Shown here: positions 37,408 to 48,360 of the stretch, one piece after another
Layout of the letters: every line of letters starts with the position of its first letter
Position numbering within the stretch: position 1 is the first letter of the stretch
NCBI GenBank assembly: GCA_017533325.1
Contig: JAFXIF010000044.1
Location: forward strand, 4,345-68,344
Length of the DNA: 64,000 bases
From: Alphaproteobacteria bacterium
Lineage (GTDB): Bacteria; Pseudomonadota; Alphaproteobacteria; CAAHEQ01; UBA3637
Direction of reading: 5' to 3'
Program-made: the position numbers and the translations under genes
Notes under the pieces: model-generated
The model's database searches: none
Seen by the model: only the letters and a program-made list of their open reading frames with translations
Told to the model about the DNA's origin: nothing

Positions 37408-39831
37408 TTAGTTAACCAATTTATTCCACCAGCCTTTTTTACGAGGACCTGAAGATTCGGGCTCGGTTTCATTTAAGGGGGTGGGAGTTTCAACCGGTTT
37501 TTTTGTTTCTTGAACAGGTTTTTTTGAGGCTTCTGCAACATCTTTAACCTCTTTTGAGACACTCTTTCTTTTTGAAGGTGTCTTTTCATCCGTCTTTTTG
37601 GTGTCTTGACCTTGTTTTTCTTTTACCTGTTTTGTTTTTGCCGGTTTTTCTTTTGGCAATTCTTTTTTGATTTCTTTTTCATCAGTTACAGGTTCAGTTT
37701 TTGCTTTTTGTTCAGTTCCGGTATCCGATTTTAAAGAAACATTTTCTTCTTTTTTAGAAGGTTTCTTTTTGCCCTTTGCAGAAGATTTTTTCCCTTCTTT
37801 TTTATCGTTTTGAACGTTTGTTTGTTCGGATTCGATTTTGGGTAAGTCTTCTTTTTTGAATTCAGAAAAATCTTTTTGTTCAACAACGGTGAATTTTTCT
37901 TCACTATTTATTGGTTTATTTTCTGATTCTTCAGCAGCGGCTTGTCTTTGTTTTAATCTGGCAAGCATACGTTTTTCTTTGCGGCGTTTGCGCCATTCAC
38001 TGCGTCTTTTATTTTTATTCTTTTTTTCTTGATTTATTTCCGGTTGCTCTGGAGCTTCCGCTTCTTTGACTTCTTTTTGATCCGGTTCAATTGCTTGCGG
38101 TTTTTCATGTTTTTTATGATCTTTATCAAAAGGCATACGCAAGAAATCTTGTTTTCTTTTTTCTTTTTGTTCGTGGCGAGCAGGTGCATTCAAGTTAACA
38201 TGCAAACGCTCTCCATCTTCTCTGATTCTTTCCAATTTGAAATCAGAAGAGCGCAACAATGTTTCGTCAGGAATAATTTGAATGCTGACTTTATATTTTG
38301 TTTCTAAAGATACTAAATGCGAACGTTTGATGTTTAATAAATATGTGGCCACATTTTGTGGAAGTGAAATTAAAAGTTTGTTGCTGATATTTTTAAATGC
38401 TGCTTCTTCCAAAATGTGTAATGCATGCATAGCACAAGATTCAACCGAACGGATAACACCTTTTCCGCCACAATGCATACAAGGTTGATAACTGCTTTCC
38501 AAAAAGCTTGAATGTAAGCGTTGTCTGGACATTTCAACCAATCCGAAACCAGACATTTTTCCAACTTGAATCCGTGCACGATCTTTCTTAAGTGCTTCTT
38601 TTAAACGACGTTCAACGGCGGCATTGTTTTTTGCTTCTTCCATATCAATAAAGTCGATTACAATAAGACCGGCCATATCGCGCAAACGCAGTTGTCTTGC
38701 GAGTTCATCGCAAGTTTCAAGATTTGTTCGCAGGGCAGTTTCCTCAATATCGTGTTCTTTGGTGGCTCTTCCTGAGTTTACGTCAACGGCAACCAATGCT
38801 TCTGTTTGATCAATGACCAAATATCCGCCGGATTTGAGTTGAACAATATTATTATGAATACTTTCAAGCTGTTGTTCAACTTGATGAGCAACAAAAATCG
38901 GTTCAGCCCCTTTATATTGTTTGATTTTTTTTGCTTGAGCCGGCATTAACATTTTCATAAATTCTTTTGCTGATTTGAAAACGGCTTCGCCTTCTACCCA
39001 AATTTCTTCAATATCCGGTGTGAAAACATCCCTTAAAGAACGTTTAACAATGTCGCCTTCTTCATGAATAAGTTTCGGGGCTAAAGATTCAAGGGTTTCT
39101 TCACGGATTTTCATCCAAGTTTTAATCAGATAATCATAATCGCGTTTGATTTCTGTTTTTGTTTTTCCTTGACCGGCTGTGCGAATGATAACGCTCATTC
39201 CTTCGGGAATTGAAAATTTATCGATAATGGTGCGTAAAGCTTTTCTGTCTTTAACATTGGTAATTTTTCTTGAAATTCCACCGCCTTTACCGTTGTTGGG
39301 CATCAACACACTGAATCTACCTGCTAAAGAAAGATAAGTTGTGAGCGCGGCCCCTTTGTTACCGCGTTCTTCTTTGACAACCTGCACAAGCATCACTTGA
39401 CCTTGTCTGATAACCTCTTGAATTTTATATTTTTTGATAAAAGAAGGGTAAACTCTTGTGCGAACATCGTTTTCGGTTTCTGAAACAACTTCAACATCAG
39501 AAGTGTTTTCATTTTCTTCGGTTGTTTCAATTTCATCCTCATCAGCTTTTTTAAGCATTGCTTTTAAAGCTTCTCTGTCAGCAACAGGGATTTGATAATA
39601 ATCAGGGTGAATTTCGCTAAAAGCCAAAAAACCATGACGATTGCCGCCGTAATCAACAAAAGCAGCTTGTAAAGATGGTTCAACGCGAACAACTTTAGCT
39701 AAATAAATATTCCCTTTGATTTGTTTTTTTGTGGAGGTGTCGACATCTAATTCCTCCACTCTTGAGTTTTCTGATACAACAACGCGGGTTTCCTCGGGAT
39801 GCGTTGCATCGATAAGCATCTTTTTTGACAT
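37408..39831 (-). CDS. rne: Ribonuclease E
   Basis: 807 aa. N-terminal S1 and catalytic domains with Zn-link CMHCGGKGVIRS, plus a long K/E-rich low-complexity C-terminal scaffold. Confidence 0.85.
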   Translation of the reverse strand: MSKKMLIDATHPEETRVVVSENSRVEELDVDTSTKKQIKGNIYLAKVVRVEPSLQAAFVDYGGNRHGFLAFSEIHPDYYQIPVADREALKAMLKKADEDEIETTEENENTSDVEVVSETENDVRTRVYPSFIKKYKIQEVIRQGQVMLVQVVKEERGNKGAALTTYLSLAGRFSVLMPNNGKGGGISRKITNVKDRKALRTIIDKFSIPEGMSVIIRTAGQGKTKTEIKRDYDYLIKTWMKIREETLESLAPKLIHEEGDIVKRSLRDVFTPDIEEIWVEGEAVFKSAKEFMKMLMPAQAKKIKQYKGAEPIFVAHQVEQQLESIHNNIVQLKSGGYLVIDQTEALVAVDVNSGRATKEHDIEETALRTNLETCDELARQLRLRDMAGLIVIDFIDMEEAKNNAAVERRLKEALKKDRARIQVGKMSGFGLVEMSRQRLHSSFLESSYQPCMHCGGKGVIRSVESCAMHALHILEEAAFKNISNKLLISLPQNVATYLLNIKRSHLVSLETKYKVSIQIIPDETLLRSSDFKLERIREDGERLHVNLNAPARHEQKEKRKQDFLRMPFDKDHKKHEKPQAIEPDQKEVKEAEAPEQPEINQEKKNKNKRRSEWRKRRKEKRMLARLKQRQAAAEESENKPINSEEKFTVVEQKDFSEFKKEDLPKIESEQTNVQNDKKEGKKSSAKGKKKPSKKEENVSLKSDTGTEQKAKTEPVTDEKEIKKELPKEKPAKTKQVKEKQGQDTKKTDEKTPSKRKSVSKEVKDVAEASKKPVQETKKPVETPTPLNETEPESSGPRKKGWWNKLVN

Positions 39832-40079
39832 AAAATAAATTCCTTTGACAATTTAAAATAACGCTCATTCCGTTTAAAAAAGAATGGCATTGTGGCAAAA
39901 CATAATCCGATGTCTATCAGATAAAAAGCATTCTGAAAATAATTTGACGTTGTAAAAGCACTCATTGCTAACCCATCGGATTAAAAAATAACTCTTGGGC
40001 AATCATTTTTGATTGCATTTTTCATTATATAGGTATAAAAGAAAATAAGCAAGTTTTTTTATACAAAAAATAAGGTGAT

Positions 40080-41282
40080 ATGAAAATTAAAACGTTTTTA
40101 TTCTTTGTTTTAAGTATATTATTTGTTGTGGGAAATGCTTTTGCCACCACGATTTCTGACGTTCGACTTTCCACATTTTCTAATGGAACAGGACGAATTG
40201 TTGTCGAATCGGAAAAAAAAATTGACCCAAAAATTTTCACATTGGAAAATCCAAAAAGATTGGTGTTGGATATTGATAAATCCAAAGTTTTACCCAGCGT
40301 TGCAAAAAAGACTTTTAAAACAGGCCAAGTTGTTTCAAAAGTCAGATTTGGAAAGCCTCAAAAAGATGTTTCCCGAATCGTGATTGATTTAGGAAATAAT
40401 GTGACGGAAAGTCATTTTACATTGCCTCCTGAAAATAATAAGGGCATTTGGCGTTTTGTTTTGGATTTAAAGCCAAGTCATCCGGTTAAAGCGGGTGAAT
40501 ATAAATCTACGGCATCGGCAAAGGTTTTGTCTGATGCTTCAAAGATTCAACAAAAAACAGCTGCAACACCTTCATTAAAAACAAAAAGTGGGTTATTGCC
40601 GTTTGGTAAAAGCAAAAAAATTATTGTGTTAGATGCCGGGCATGGTGGCCAAGACCCTGGGGCCATTTCAAAAAATGGTCATTTTGAAAAAGATTTAACA
40701 CTTAAAATGGCAAAAGAAACAAAAGCGCTTTTAGAAAGGGCCGGTTATAAAGTTGTTTTGACACGGGATAGAGATATTTTTATAACGCTTCGCGGGCGCG
40801 TAAAAAAAGCGCATGAAGCAAAAGCTGATTTGTTTATTTCCATTCATGCGGATAGTGCAAGGAACACAAAAGCAAGAGGTCTTTCAATTTATACGATTTC
40901 TGAAAAAGCGTCAGATAAAGAAGCGGCTGCTTTAGCTGAACGAGAAAACAAATCAGATATTTTGCTAGGTATGGATTTAGATGATTATCAACAAGAAGTG
41001 AGTTCTGTCTTAATTGATTTAGCGAAACAAGACACAATGAAAGAATCCAGAGTTTATGCTGATTTGGTCGTTAAAGAAATGCAACGAACGGTTCAGTTGT
41101 TGCCAAATGCCCATAGATTTGCCGGTTTTGCTGTTTTAAAATCGCCAAATATTCCATCTGTTTTGTTGGAAATGGGATATATGTCTAACCGTCATGAAGA
41201 ACGCGAAATGCAAAAAGCAGCTTATCGCAAAAAATTGGGGCAAGCTTTGGTTCGTGCGGTGGATGCTTATTTTGGAAGATAA
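40080..41282 (+). CDS. amiC: N-acetylmuramoyl-L-alanine amidase (AMIN plus Amidase_3, AmiC-like)
   Basis: Signal peptide, N-terminal AMIN domain, and a catalytic domain with VLDAGHGGQDPGA and SIHADS. Confidence 0.8.
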   Translation: MKIKTFLFFVLSILFVVGNAFATTISDVRLSTFSNGTGRIVVESEKKIDPKIFTLENPKRLVLDIDKSKVLPSVAKKTFKTGQVVSKVRFGKPQKDVSRIVIDLGNNVTESHFTLPPENNKGIWRFVLDLKPSHPVKAGEYKSTASAKVLSDASKIQQKTAATPSLKTKSGLLPFGKSKKIIVLDAGHGGQDPGAISKNGHFEKDLTLKMAKETKALLERAGYKVVLTRDRDIFITLRGRVKKAHEAKADLFISIHADSARNTKARGLSIYTISEKASDKEAAALAERENKSDILLGMDLDDYQQEVSSVLIDLAKQDTMKESRVYADLVVKEMQRTVQLLPNAHRFAGFAVLKSPNIPSVLLEMGYMSNRHEEREMQKAAYRKKLGQALVRAVDAYFGR

Positions 41283-41446
41283 TGTGTGTTTTTTTTATTT
41301 TAACTAAAAAAATGAATTTTTGGCAAATCTAAAAAAGTTGATATAAAAAATCTTTGTTTATCAATATATTGATTTTATTAAAAAAATATAAAAGTTTTTA
41401 TTTTTTTTAACAAAAAAACTCTTTTATATCAAAGAGTCTCTTTACA

Positions 41447-41477
41447 ACAAAAAAGGCGGTCAATGACCGCCTTTTTA
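41447..41477. terminator. Bidirectional terminator between amiC and pgm
   Basis: GGCGGTCA/ATGACCGCC hairpin flanked by A5 and T5 runs. Confidence 0.65.
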
Positions 41478-41491
41478 ATACATGTTTTCTT

Positions 41492-43120
41492 TTATGTTAT
41501 CACGGTTGGCGCATCTTTTCCGGTATAGTCTTTAATGCGCATAATTTCATTGGCAGCAGCGATGAAATCTTTTAAAGCATCAACCGCTTCCAAATTAAAT
41601 TTTTCTTGATTTTTCGTTTCGCATGAATAATACATTCGAAGTGTTGCGCCACTGCTTCCGGTTCCGGAAAGTCGCGAAAAAATGCGACCATCTTCAAATT
41701 GAATAATGTAACCTTGATTATTGGCCGTATCACCTGTTACAGGGTCAATATAATCAAAAATGCCCGTTTCAATAACTTTATGCCCATAAAATGTTTCGCC
41801 GATTAAGCTTTCAAGATTTTCTTTAAGGGCTGTCATCATTTTATGAGTCGGTTCAACTTCAAGGCCTTCATAACTTTGTGTTGAAGTAAAGACTCGGCCG
41901 TATTTGTGCCATAAGTCATAGTTTAATTCTTCAACGGATTTTCCGGTTAACGCAATGATATTAAGCCAAAATAAAACAGCCCAAATACCATCTTTTTCGC
42001 ATAAATGGAATGAGCCGGTGCCAAAGCTTTCTTCACCGCATAAAGAGATTTTTTTTGCATTTAAAAGAGAGCTGAAAAATTTCCACCCTGTTGGTGTTGC
42101 AAAAACTGGCAATTGCTTTTCCATCATCACTTTGTCCACGGCAGGGGCTGTCGGCATGGATCTTGCAACACCATAAAATTTTCCTTTATAAAAAGGAATT
42201 TGTTCCATATATTCAGCAATAATAGCTAAACTGTCAGACGGGGCAACGAAAAACTTTTTGCCCAAAATCATGTATCTGTCCCCATCGCCATCAGAAGCCG
42301 CACCAAAATCAGGGGCGTCATCCTGATACATTTTTTCAACAAAATGTTTCGCGTATGTTAAATTTGGTTCCGGATGAAGTCCGCCGAAATCAGGAAGAGG
42401 TGTTTTATTTAAAACGGTTCCTTCTTCTGCACCCAGCAATGTTTCAAAAATATAGGATGCATAAGGACCAGTAACGGCATTTAATGCATCATAAGACATT
42501 TTAAACCCATTTTTGAAGAGGTTTGAAATGGCTTCAAAATCAAAAATTTCTTGCATATAAGAGGCATAATCTCTGACCGAATCAACAACTTCAATAATGG
42601 TTGAACCAATAACTTGTTCTCCGATTTCAGAAAGTTTGATATCTCCAATATCTGCCATCCAATAATGGTTAATAACTTTGGTTTGCTCGGTTATTTTATC
42701 TGAAATATTTTGAGGAGCAGGGGCTCCGTCAGCCGTATCAAATTTAATACCAAAATCGCCATTTGGTCCTCCGGGATTATGACTGGCTGATAGAATAATT
42801 CCACCAAAAGCATTTCTTTTTACAATCAGGTGAGAAGCGGCCGGTGTGGATAAAATTCCGTTTTGCCCGATAATTAAGCGCCCAAATTGATTTGCAATGG
42901 CAATTTTGATGATTTTTTGAATAGCCGTATTGTTGAAATAACGCCCGTCACCACCGATGACAAGCGTTTTTCCTTCAAACCCCTCAAGTGAGTTAAAAAT
43001 CGATTGAACAAAATTTTCAAGATAATTTTCTTGCTTTACAACAGAAATCTTTTTTCTTAACCCGCTTGTGCCGCAAATTTGATCGTCATAAGGCGAAGTT
43101 TTGATTGATTTAATATCCAT
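41492..43120 (-). CDS. pgm: Phosphoglucomutase (alpha-D-phosphohexomutase, PGM1-like)
   Basis: 542 aa with active-site SASHNPGG and eukaryote-type PGM length. Confidence 0.85.
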   Translation of the reverse strand: MDIKSIKTSPYDDQICGTSGLRKKISVVKQENYLENFVQSIFNSLEGFEGKTLVIGGDGRYFNNTAIQKIIKIAIANQFGRLIIGQNGILSTPAASHLIVKRNAFGGIILSASHNPGGPNGDFGIKFDTADGAPAPQNISDKITEQTKVINHYWMADIGDIKLSEIGEQVIGSTIIEVVDSVRDYASYMQEIFDFEAISNLFKNGFKMSYDALNAVTGPYASYIFETLLGAEEGTVLNKTPLPDFGGLHPEPNLTYAKHFVEKMYQDDAPDFGAASDGDGDRYMILGKKFFVAPSDSLAIIAEYMEQIPFYKGKFYGVARSMPTAPAVDKVMMEKQLPVFATPTGWKFFSSLLNAKKISLCGEESFGTGSFHLCEKDGIWAVLFWLNIIALTGKSVEELNYDLWHKYGRVFTSTQSYEGLEVEPTHKMMTALKENLESLIGETFYGHKVIETGIFDYIDPVTGDTANNQGYIIQFEDGRIFSRLSGTGSSGATLRMYYSCETKNQEKFNLEAVDALKDFIAAANEIMRIKDYTGKDAPTVIT

Positions 43121-43150
43121 CTAGTCTCCTTGCAAAATGAAAAAATGTTA

Positions 43151-43957
43151 TTAAACATTTATATCATTTGCAGGGGCTGTTTGCAAGTCTCTTTGAAAAA
43201 TATTTTGAAGAACATTAATGATTTCTTGACGACCGCTTAAGGCAGACGGAGATGTATGCATATTTAAGCCGTTTTCTTTCAAATCCATCATTGTTAATCC
43301 TTTTAAGAACAATTCTCTGTAAATTACACGATCTGAAACACCGGCAGATAATGTGTAATGAATGCGTCTTGAAAGAGCATTTAAAAGAGTTGTCATTAAT
43401 TGAGAGTTTTTGCTCTTCGTATATGTTAAACGGTTGCGAACGATAAGCCAGTGAAGCGGTGGTTTACGCTCAATCATGCGTTGTTGACGTGTTGACCAAA
43501 CTTTTTGTGAAAAATGGCTTGGTCCTTTAATGCGCAAAGACCCTGTATCCACTTGAGCCAAAACATCAAGGTCAATTAAGCTGTCATTTAACGGCGTGAT
43601 CAATGTATCGGCCAAAACCATAGCTTCTTGAGAATAATCACTGCTGCTACCTGGGGTGTCAACAATAACAAAATCAGCTGTTTCTTTTGCTTTTTCGATT
43701 TGACCGCGAATGGTATAAATTTTTGCCATTTCATCTGTCCAATGTGTATGAACCGGCATTGGAATCGGTGTGCCCATGTTTTTTAAAAATTGTTCTCTGT
43801 TTTCAAGATAGTGAGTAAGAGATCCTTGCGGATAATCTAAGTCAAAAGAAACAACTTTTTTTCCAAGGCGTAACAAAGCAACAATAATATGCATGGCAAG
43901 GGTGGATTTCCCTGTGCCGCCCTTTTCATTTGCGAATACGATTACATGAGCAGTCAT
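43151..43957 (-). CDS. ParA/MinD-superfamily P-loop ATPase
   Basis: Deviant Walker A KGGTGKST. Start set at ATG 43957 (GAGGGAAG RBS). The ORF track extends to 44041. Confidence 0.6.
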   Translation of the reverse strand: MTAHVIVFANEKGGTGKSTLAMHIIVALLRLGKKVVSFDLDYPQGSLTHYLENREQFLKNMGTPIPMPVHTHWTDEMAKIYTIRGQIEKAKETADFVIVDTPGSSSDYSQEAMVLADTLITPLNDSLIDLDVLAQVDTGSLRIKGPSHFSQKVWSTRQQRMIERKPPLHWLIVRNRLTYTKSKNSQLMTTLLNALSRRIHYTLSAGVSDRVIYRELFLKGLTMMDLKENGLNMHTSPSALSGRQEIINVLQNIFQRDLQTAPANDINV

Positions 43958-44227
43958 TTTTTCTTCCCTCAAAATAAAGTGGATGTATAAGCGATTGTTT
44001 ATTAAAGTCAAAAAAATTGTTTTCCACAATAAAGAAAACAAACGCTTATCACAATTTTCTTCAATTTTTTGTTATAAATATCATAATTTTTATTAAAAGT
44101 CAACAAGGATATTGAAAAAAGAAATAACTTGTGGTATGCACGAAAAAAAGAAGAAATAAGTTTTTGATAGGTTCTTGAATTTTAAATAAAACTGCTTATA
44201 TATGTATGCATAAGATGAAAGGATAAA

Positions 44228-46087
44228 ATGATGACTGAAGAAAAAATAGAGTTTAAAGCCGAAGTGAGTAAAGTTTTGGATATTGTGATTCATTCGTTAT
44301 ATTCAAATAAAGAGATTTTTTTAAGAGAATTAATTTCGAATGCTTCCGATGCTTCGGATAAATTGAGATATGCATTATTATTGCATCCTGAACTTGCATC
44401 AAAAACAAGTGAATTTAAAATTATTTTAACACCGGATAAGCAAAACAAAACTTTAACGATTACCGATAATGGAATTGGTATGAATAAAGAAGATTTAATC
44501 AATCATTTGGGAACGATTGCAAGATCCGGTTCGGCTGAATTTATAAAATCATTAACGGGTGATAAACAAAAAGACATGGCTTTAATCGGCCAATTTGGTG
44601 TTGGTTTTTATTCGGCATTTATGGTGGCAGATAAAGTAACTGTAAAAACAAAAAAAGCAGGGGATGAAAAAGGTTATATTTGGGTATCATCGGGGGCAGA
44701 ATCATTTACCATTGAGGAAGATGATTCTTTGCCGATTGGAACAAGCATTATTCTTTCATTAAAATCAGAAGATGAAGAGTTTTTAGAACCCATTCGTTTG
44801 CGTCATTTGGTGCGCCAATATTCAGATCATATTTCAATCCCCATTATTTTGAAGGAGGGCGCAAAAGAAGAAACAATTAACTCTGCAAGTGCTCTTTGGA
44901 CAAGACCAAAATCAGAAATTACCACTGAACAATATAAAGATTTTTATCAATCTGTTTCTCATGCTTTTGATGAACCATGGATGACAATGCATTATAAAGC
45001 TGAAGGGACAATTGATTATACGGCGTTATTATTTGTGCCGACGAAACCGCCGTTTAATTTATTTCAACCGGACAGAAAATCAAATTTACAACTTTATGTA
45101 AATCGCGTTTTTATTTCGGATGATTTGCCGGAATTGATGCCGTTTTTCTTGCGGTTTATGACCGGTGTGATTGATACAAATGATTTACCTCTTAATGTGT
45201 CCAGAGAAATGCTTCAAAAAACACCGGTGATGCAAAAAATTAAAAAGGGGATTGTAAAGCGTATTTTAAATGAACTTAAAAAACGCGCTGAAGATAAAGA
45301 GGATTATAAAAAATTCTGGGAGTCGTTCGGTATCGTATTTAAAGAGGGGCTTTATGAACCGATTGACGAAAGAAAAGAGGTTGCTGATTTATGCCGCTTT
45401 AATCACACAGCTGATGAAAATTTAATCAGTTTTGATGAGTATATTGCCGGTATGAAAGAGGGGCAAGAAAATATTTATTATTTGACGGGAACGAATATTG
45501 AATCTCTTAAAAATAATCCGCAATTGGAAGGGTTTGCAGCTCGAGGTGTTAATGTATTATTGTTAACGGATCCGATTGATGAATTTTGGATTCAAACATA
45601 TACGGAACATAATGGTAAAAAAATTATTTCTGTTATGCATGCCGGTTCCGATCTTGAAAAAATTAAGCTTGAAAATGAACCAAATGAACAACCGATTGAT
45701 AAAGAAAAAGAAAAACTTTTGATTAATCGTATTAAAGAAACATTGAAAGAGAGTGTTAAAGATGTTCAAGTAACGGATAGATTAACAAAAAGTCCGTTTG
45801 CATTGATAACACCATCCGGTATGATGAGTTTAAATCTTGAACGTTTGATGAAAGCTCATGGGCAACAAATTGCCATGAACAGTGACAGGATTTTGGAAAT
45901 TAATCCGCGTCATGAGGTGATTCATAAACTTGCCGAGATGTTAGAGAATAAAGAAATGAATGATAAAGTAAATGATGCCATTTTAGTATTATTTGATCAA
46001 ACATTGATTGCCGAAGGAGAACCATTAAAAGATCCGGCTGCTTTTTCAAAAAGATTAACCTCTTTTGTTTTAAGTGGATTGGCTTAA
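44228..46087 (+). CDS. htpG: Chaperone HtpG (Hsp90)
   Basis: 619 aa with an N-terminal GHKL ATPase fold (ELISNASDA, GQFGVGFYS). Confidence 0.9.
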   Translation: MMTEEKIEFKAEVSKVLDIVIHSLYSNKEIFLRELISNASDASDKLRYALLLHPELASKTSEFKIILTPDKQNKTLTITDNGIGMNKEDLINHLGTIARSGSAEFIKSLTGDKQKDMALIGQFGVGFYSAFMVADKVTVKTKKAGDEKGYIWVSSGAESFTIEEDDSLPIGTSIILSLKSEDEEFLEPIRLRHLVRQYSDHISIPIILKEGAKEETINSASALWTRPKSEITTEQYKDFYQSVSHAFDEPWMTMHYKAEGTIDYTALLFVPTKPPFNLFQPDRKSNLQLYVNRVFISDDLPELMPFFLRFMTGVIDTNDLPLNVSREMLQKTPVMQKIKKGIVKRILNELKKRAEDKEDYKKFWESFGIVFKEGLYEPIDERKEVADLCRFNHTADENLISFDEYIAGMKEGQENIYYLTGTNIESLKNNPQLEGFAARGVNVLLLTDPIDEFWIQTYTEHNGKKIISVMHAGSDLEKIKLENEPNEQPIDKEKEKLLINRIKETLKESVKDVQVTDRLTKSPFALITPSGMMSLNLERLMKAHGQQIAMNSDRILEINPRHEVIHKLAEMLENKEMNDKVNDAILVLFDQTLIAEGEPLKDPAAFSKRLTSFVLSGLA

Positions 46088-46098
46088 AAATAAAAAAA

Positions 46099-46128
46099 AA
46101 CGGGGCGTTTTCAGCCCCGTTTTTTTAT
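46099..46128 (+). terminator. Rho-independent terminator after htpG
   Basis: CGGGGCG(ttttca)GCCCCG followed by a T7 run. Confidence 0.75.
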
Positions 46129-46191
46129 GCACAAAAGTCGAGGTTGTGAATATTTTTTTTAGCTCTATTTAAAATAAAAAAGGAGCAAAAA

Positions 46192-46926
46192 ATGTCAGAA
46201 AATAAAGATGCGGTAAATCAAAATTTTTCTTGCTTGGGAATAGGGGATAAAGCCCCTTCATTTGAAGCTGACTCAACTCTTGGAAAAATATCTTTTCCGG
46301 TTGATTTTGAAGGGTATTGGGTTATTTTGTTTTCGCATCCATCTGATTTTAGCGCTGTCTGCACAACGGAATTTATTTTTTTTGCTGAAATGATGAAGGA
46401 ATTTGAACGCTTAAATACAAAATTGCTCGGATTATCGGTTGATGGGTTAGCCAGTCATTTAGAATGGCTTTATAAAATTGAAACAGAAATTTCTTTTCAT
46501 GGAATTACGAATACAAAAATTAAATTTCCGCTTATTGCTGATTTGTCCGGTGAAATTGCATCTAAGTATGGGATGATTCACCCAAATATATCAAAGGTAA
46601 AGGCGGTTCGAAGTGTTTTTTTTGTTGATCCCAATGGTATCATCCGTGCAATTTTATTTTATCCTTTTTCAACCGGAAGAAATTTTGATGAACTTAAACG
46701 TGTTTTAATCAGTTTGCAACTTTCAGACAAATTAAATATCTCAACTCCCGCCAATTGGCAACCGGGGGATGATATTGTTCCGAAAGCACCGGATAATATC
46801 AACGAAGTCAATAGTCTGGCTAATGATGTTCGCAATAAATCCGGTGCATGGTTTTTATCACTGGAAGAGCTTTCAAAAGAAGATATTGAAATAGCCCTTC
46901 ACTCTAAAAGACAAAAATTTAATTAA
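46192..46926 (+). CDS. Peroxiredoxin (1-Cys/Prx6-like)
   Basis: 244 aa with peroxidatic Cys in FSAVCTTEF. Confidence 0.8.
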   Translation: MSENKDAVNQNFSCLGIGDKAPSFEADSTLGKISFPVDFEGYWVILFSHPSDFSAVCTTEFIFFAEMMKEFERLNTKLLGLSVDGLASHLEWLYKIETEISFHGITNTKIKFPLIADLSGEIASKYGMIHPNISKVKAVRSVFFVDPNGIIRAILFYPFSTGRNFDELKRVLISLQLSDKLNISTPANWQPGDDIVPKAPDNINEVNSLANDVRNKSGAWFLSLEELSKEDIEIALHSKRQKFN

Positions 46927-47206
46927 TTGTTTTTCGTTTATATGGATTTCCATAACTAAGACCAACAGGCGCGTTTTCGCTAATCATACAGTCAAAAAGA
47001 AAATAAGGCTCTCCTTGACCTGAAAAAAGTTCATCAAGGTAATATTTTATTTCTTCTTCAACTGATTGTTCCAATTCCCTTGGGGGAATTTTGTGTAACG
47101 GACATCTAAAATCAATCATCAAATCATCTTGAATGCGTTGTAATTTTTTTTGAATGCCGCGTTCAATAATATCGTATCGTTGTGCTTTTTCTTCAAGTGT
47201 TAACAT
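46919..47206 (-). CDS. Hypothetical protein (95 aa)
   Basis: Intact ORF downstream of the T4SS operon terminator. No recognisable motif. Confidence 0.3.
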   Translation of the reverse strand: MLTLEEKAQRYDIIERGIQKKLQRIQDDLMIDFRCPLHKIPPRELEQSVEEEIKYYLDELFSGQGEPYFLFDCMISENAPVGLSYGNPYKRKTIN

Positions 47207-47290
47207 TTAGCCTCCTTAAAATGTTGATTGTTGTTATATATTATACATATAATACAATATTTACATAAGTCAAGAGAAAAATGTATAAAA

Positions 47291-47328
47291 AAAGAGATTT
47301 TATAAAAAATATAAAATCTCTTGGGAAA
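47291..47328 (-). terminator. Rho-independent terminator closing the T4SS operon
   Basis: AAGAGATTTTATA(ttttt)TATAAAATCTCTT followed by a T7 run on the minus strand, 30 nt after the virB11 stop. Confidence 0.6.
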
Positions 47329-47354
47329 ACAACAATACTGAATATAAAAAGAAG

Positions 47355-48344
47355 CTATGTGACTTCTGTCACCGCGCGGATATTTCCATCTCGGTTGATT
47401 TGAACGACTCTTAATTTTTCTTTCATTTCACGATAGGTTTTTTCTCTATCTGTTGTCGGATAAGAGTGTAAAATACGTCCGATAAAAGCTTTATAAGCCG
47501 CATCCGGGTTTTCGGCATGGATAGTGGCAAAACAGTTTTCATGACCTGAACCCATTAATTCCCATAATGCACCTGCGTTGGAAGTTGAAATTTCACCACC
47601 GATAATGGCATCAGGGGTAAAGCGAACGGCAAGGTCAATCACTTTTTTATAGTCAAAATTATTTGTAAGTTCCGTTCTTGGTAAGACAATATGAACTCGA
47701 TTTTTATGCGGCACAATAAGTTCGCGTGTATCTTCAATGGTTAAAATACGTTTATGTGGGTCCAAGACCTTAATTAAATTATTTAAAAAGGTTGTTTTAC
47801 CAGTTGCCGTTGCCCCGGAGATTAAAACATGGTCACCGCGTTTAATAGAAAGCATTAATCTTTCAAAAGGATCATCTGGGTCTTCAACTTGTTTTAATCT
47901 GTTCAGCGGACGTAATCTTTCGCCGACACTTAAACCAAAATCGCTCATTGAAATATTAACGTCTTCTTTATAAACACGAATCGCCATAGCGATACCGCCG
48001 GTTAAATCGTTGTTATCATACATAACGTTTCTGCCGGCAATTCCGGTAAAACGATGTCCGCCTGGGAGCGTTGCATAAACAGTTGGTGTCCCTTGTGTCG
48101 GGTCAAAAGCATAATCATAAGAATTGGCAATAATATACATGATATTATTTAAATATTCTCGTGTTAGTTTTGGATCTTCATAGTAGTGCCATGGATGTGC
48201 ATGACGCCCGCGTAAGCGTAACCAAATACCGCCGGGAGAATCAACCGCAACTTCCTCAACATTATCTTGATTATACCAATAGGAAAGTGGGCGTAGAGCC
48301 GATTCTAAAACCCTATAGGTATCTGCAATCGATAATTCTCCCAT
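47355..48344 (-). CDS. virB11: Type IV secretion ATPase VirB11
   Basis: 329 aa with Walker A ISGATATGKTT and VirB11/TrbB-like length. Last gene of the operon. Confidence 0.85.
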   Translation of the reverse strand: MGELSIADTYRVLESALRPLSYWYNQDNVEEVAVDSPGGIWLRLRGRHAHPWHYYEDPKLTREYLNNIMYIIANSYDYAFDPTQGTPTVYATLPGGHRFTGIAGRNVMYDNNDLTGGIAMAIRVYKEDVNISMSDFGLSVGERLRPLNRLKQVEDPDDPFERLMLSIKRGDHVLISGATATGKTTFLNNLIKVLDPHKRILTIEDTRELIVPHKNRVHIVLPRTELTNNFDYKKVIDLAVRFTPDAIIGGEISTSNAGALWELMGSGHENCFATIHAENPDAAYKAFIGRILHSYPTTDREKTYREMKEKLRVVQINRDGNIRAVTEVT

Positions 48345-48360
48345 TCTTTATCATCCTTTT

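Noticed and set aside
37838-38809. Plus-strand ORFs 37838-38032, 38029-38307, 38282-38488 and 38624-38809
   Set aside because: Antisense to rne, with low-complexity F/S-rich translations from the complement of the K/E-rich RNase E tail.
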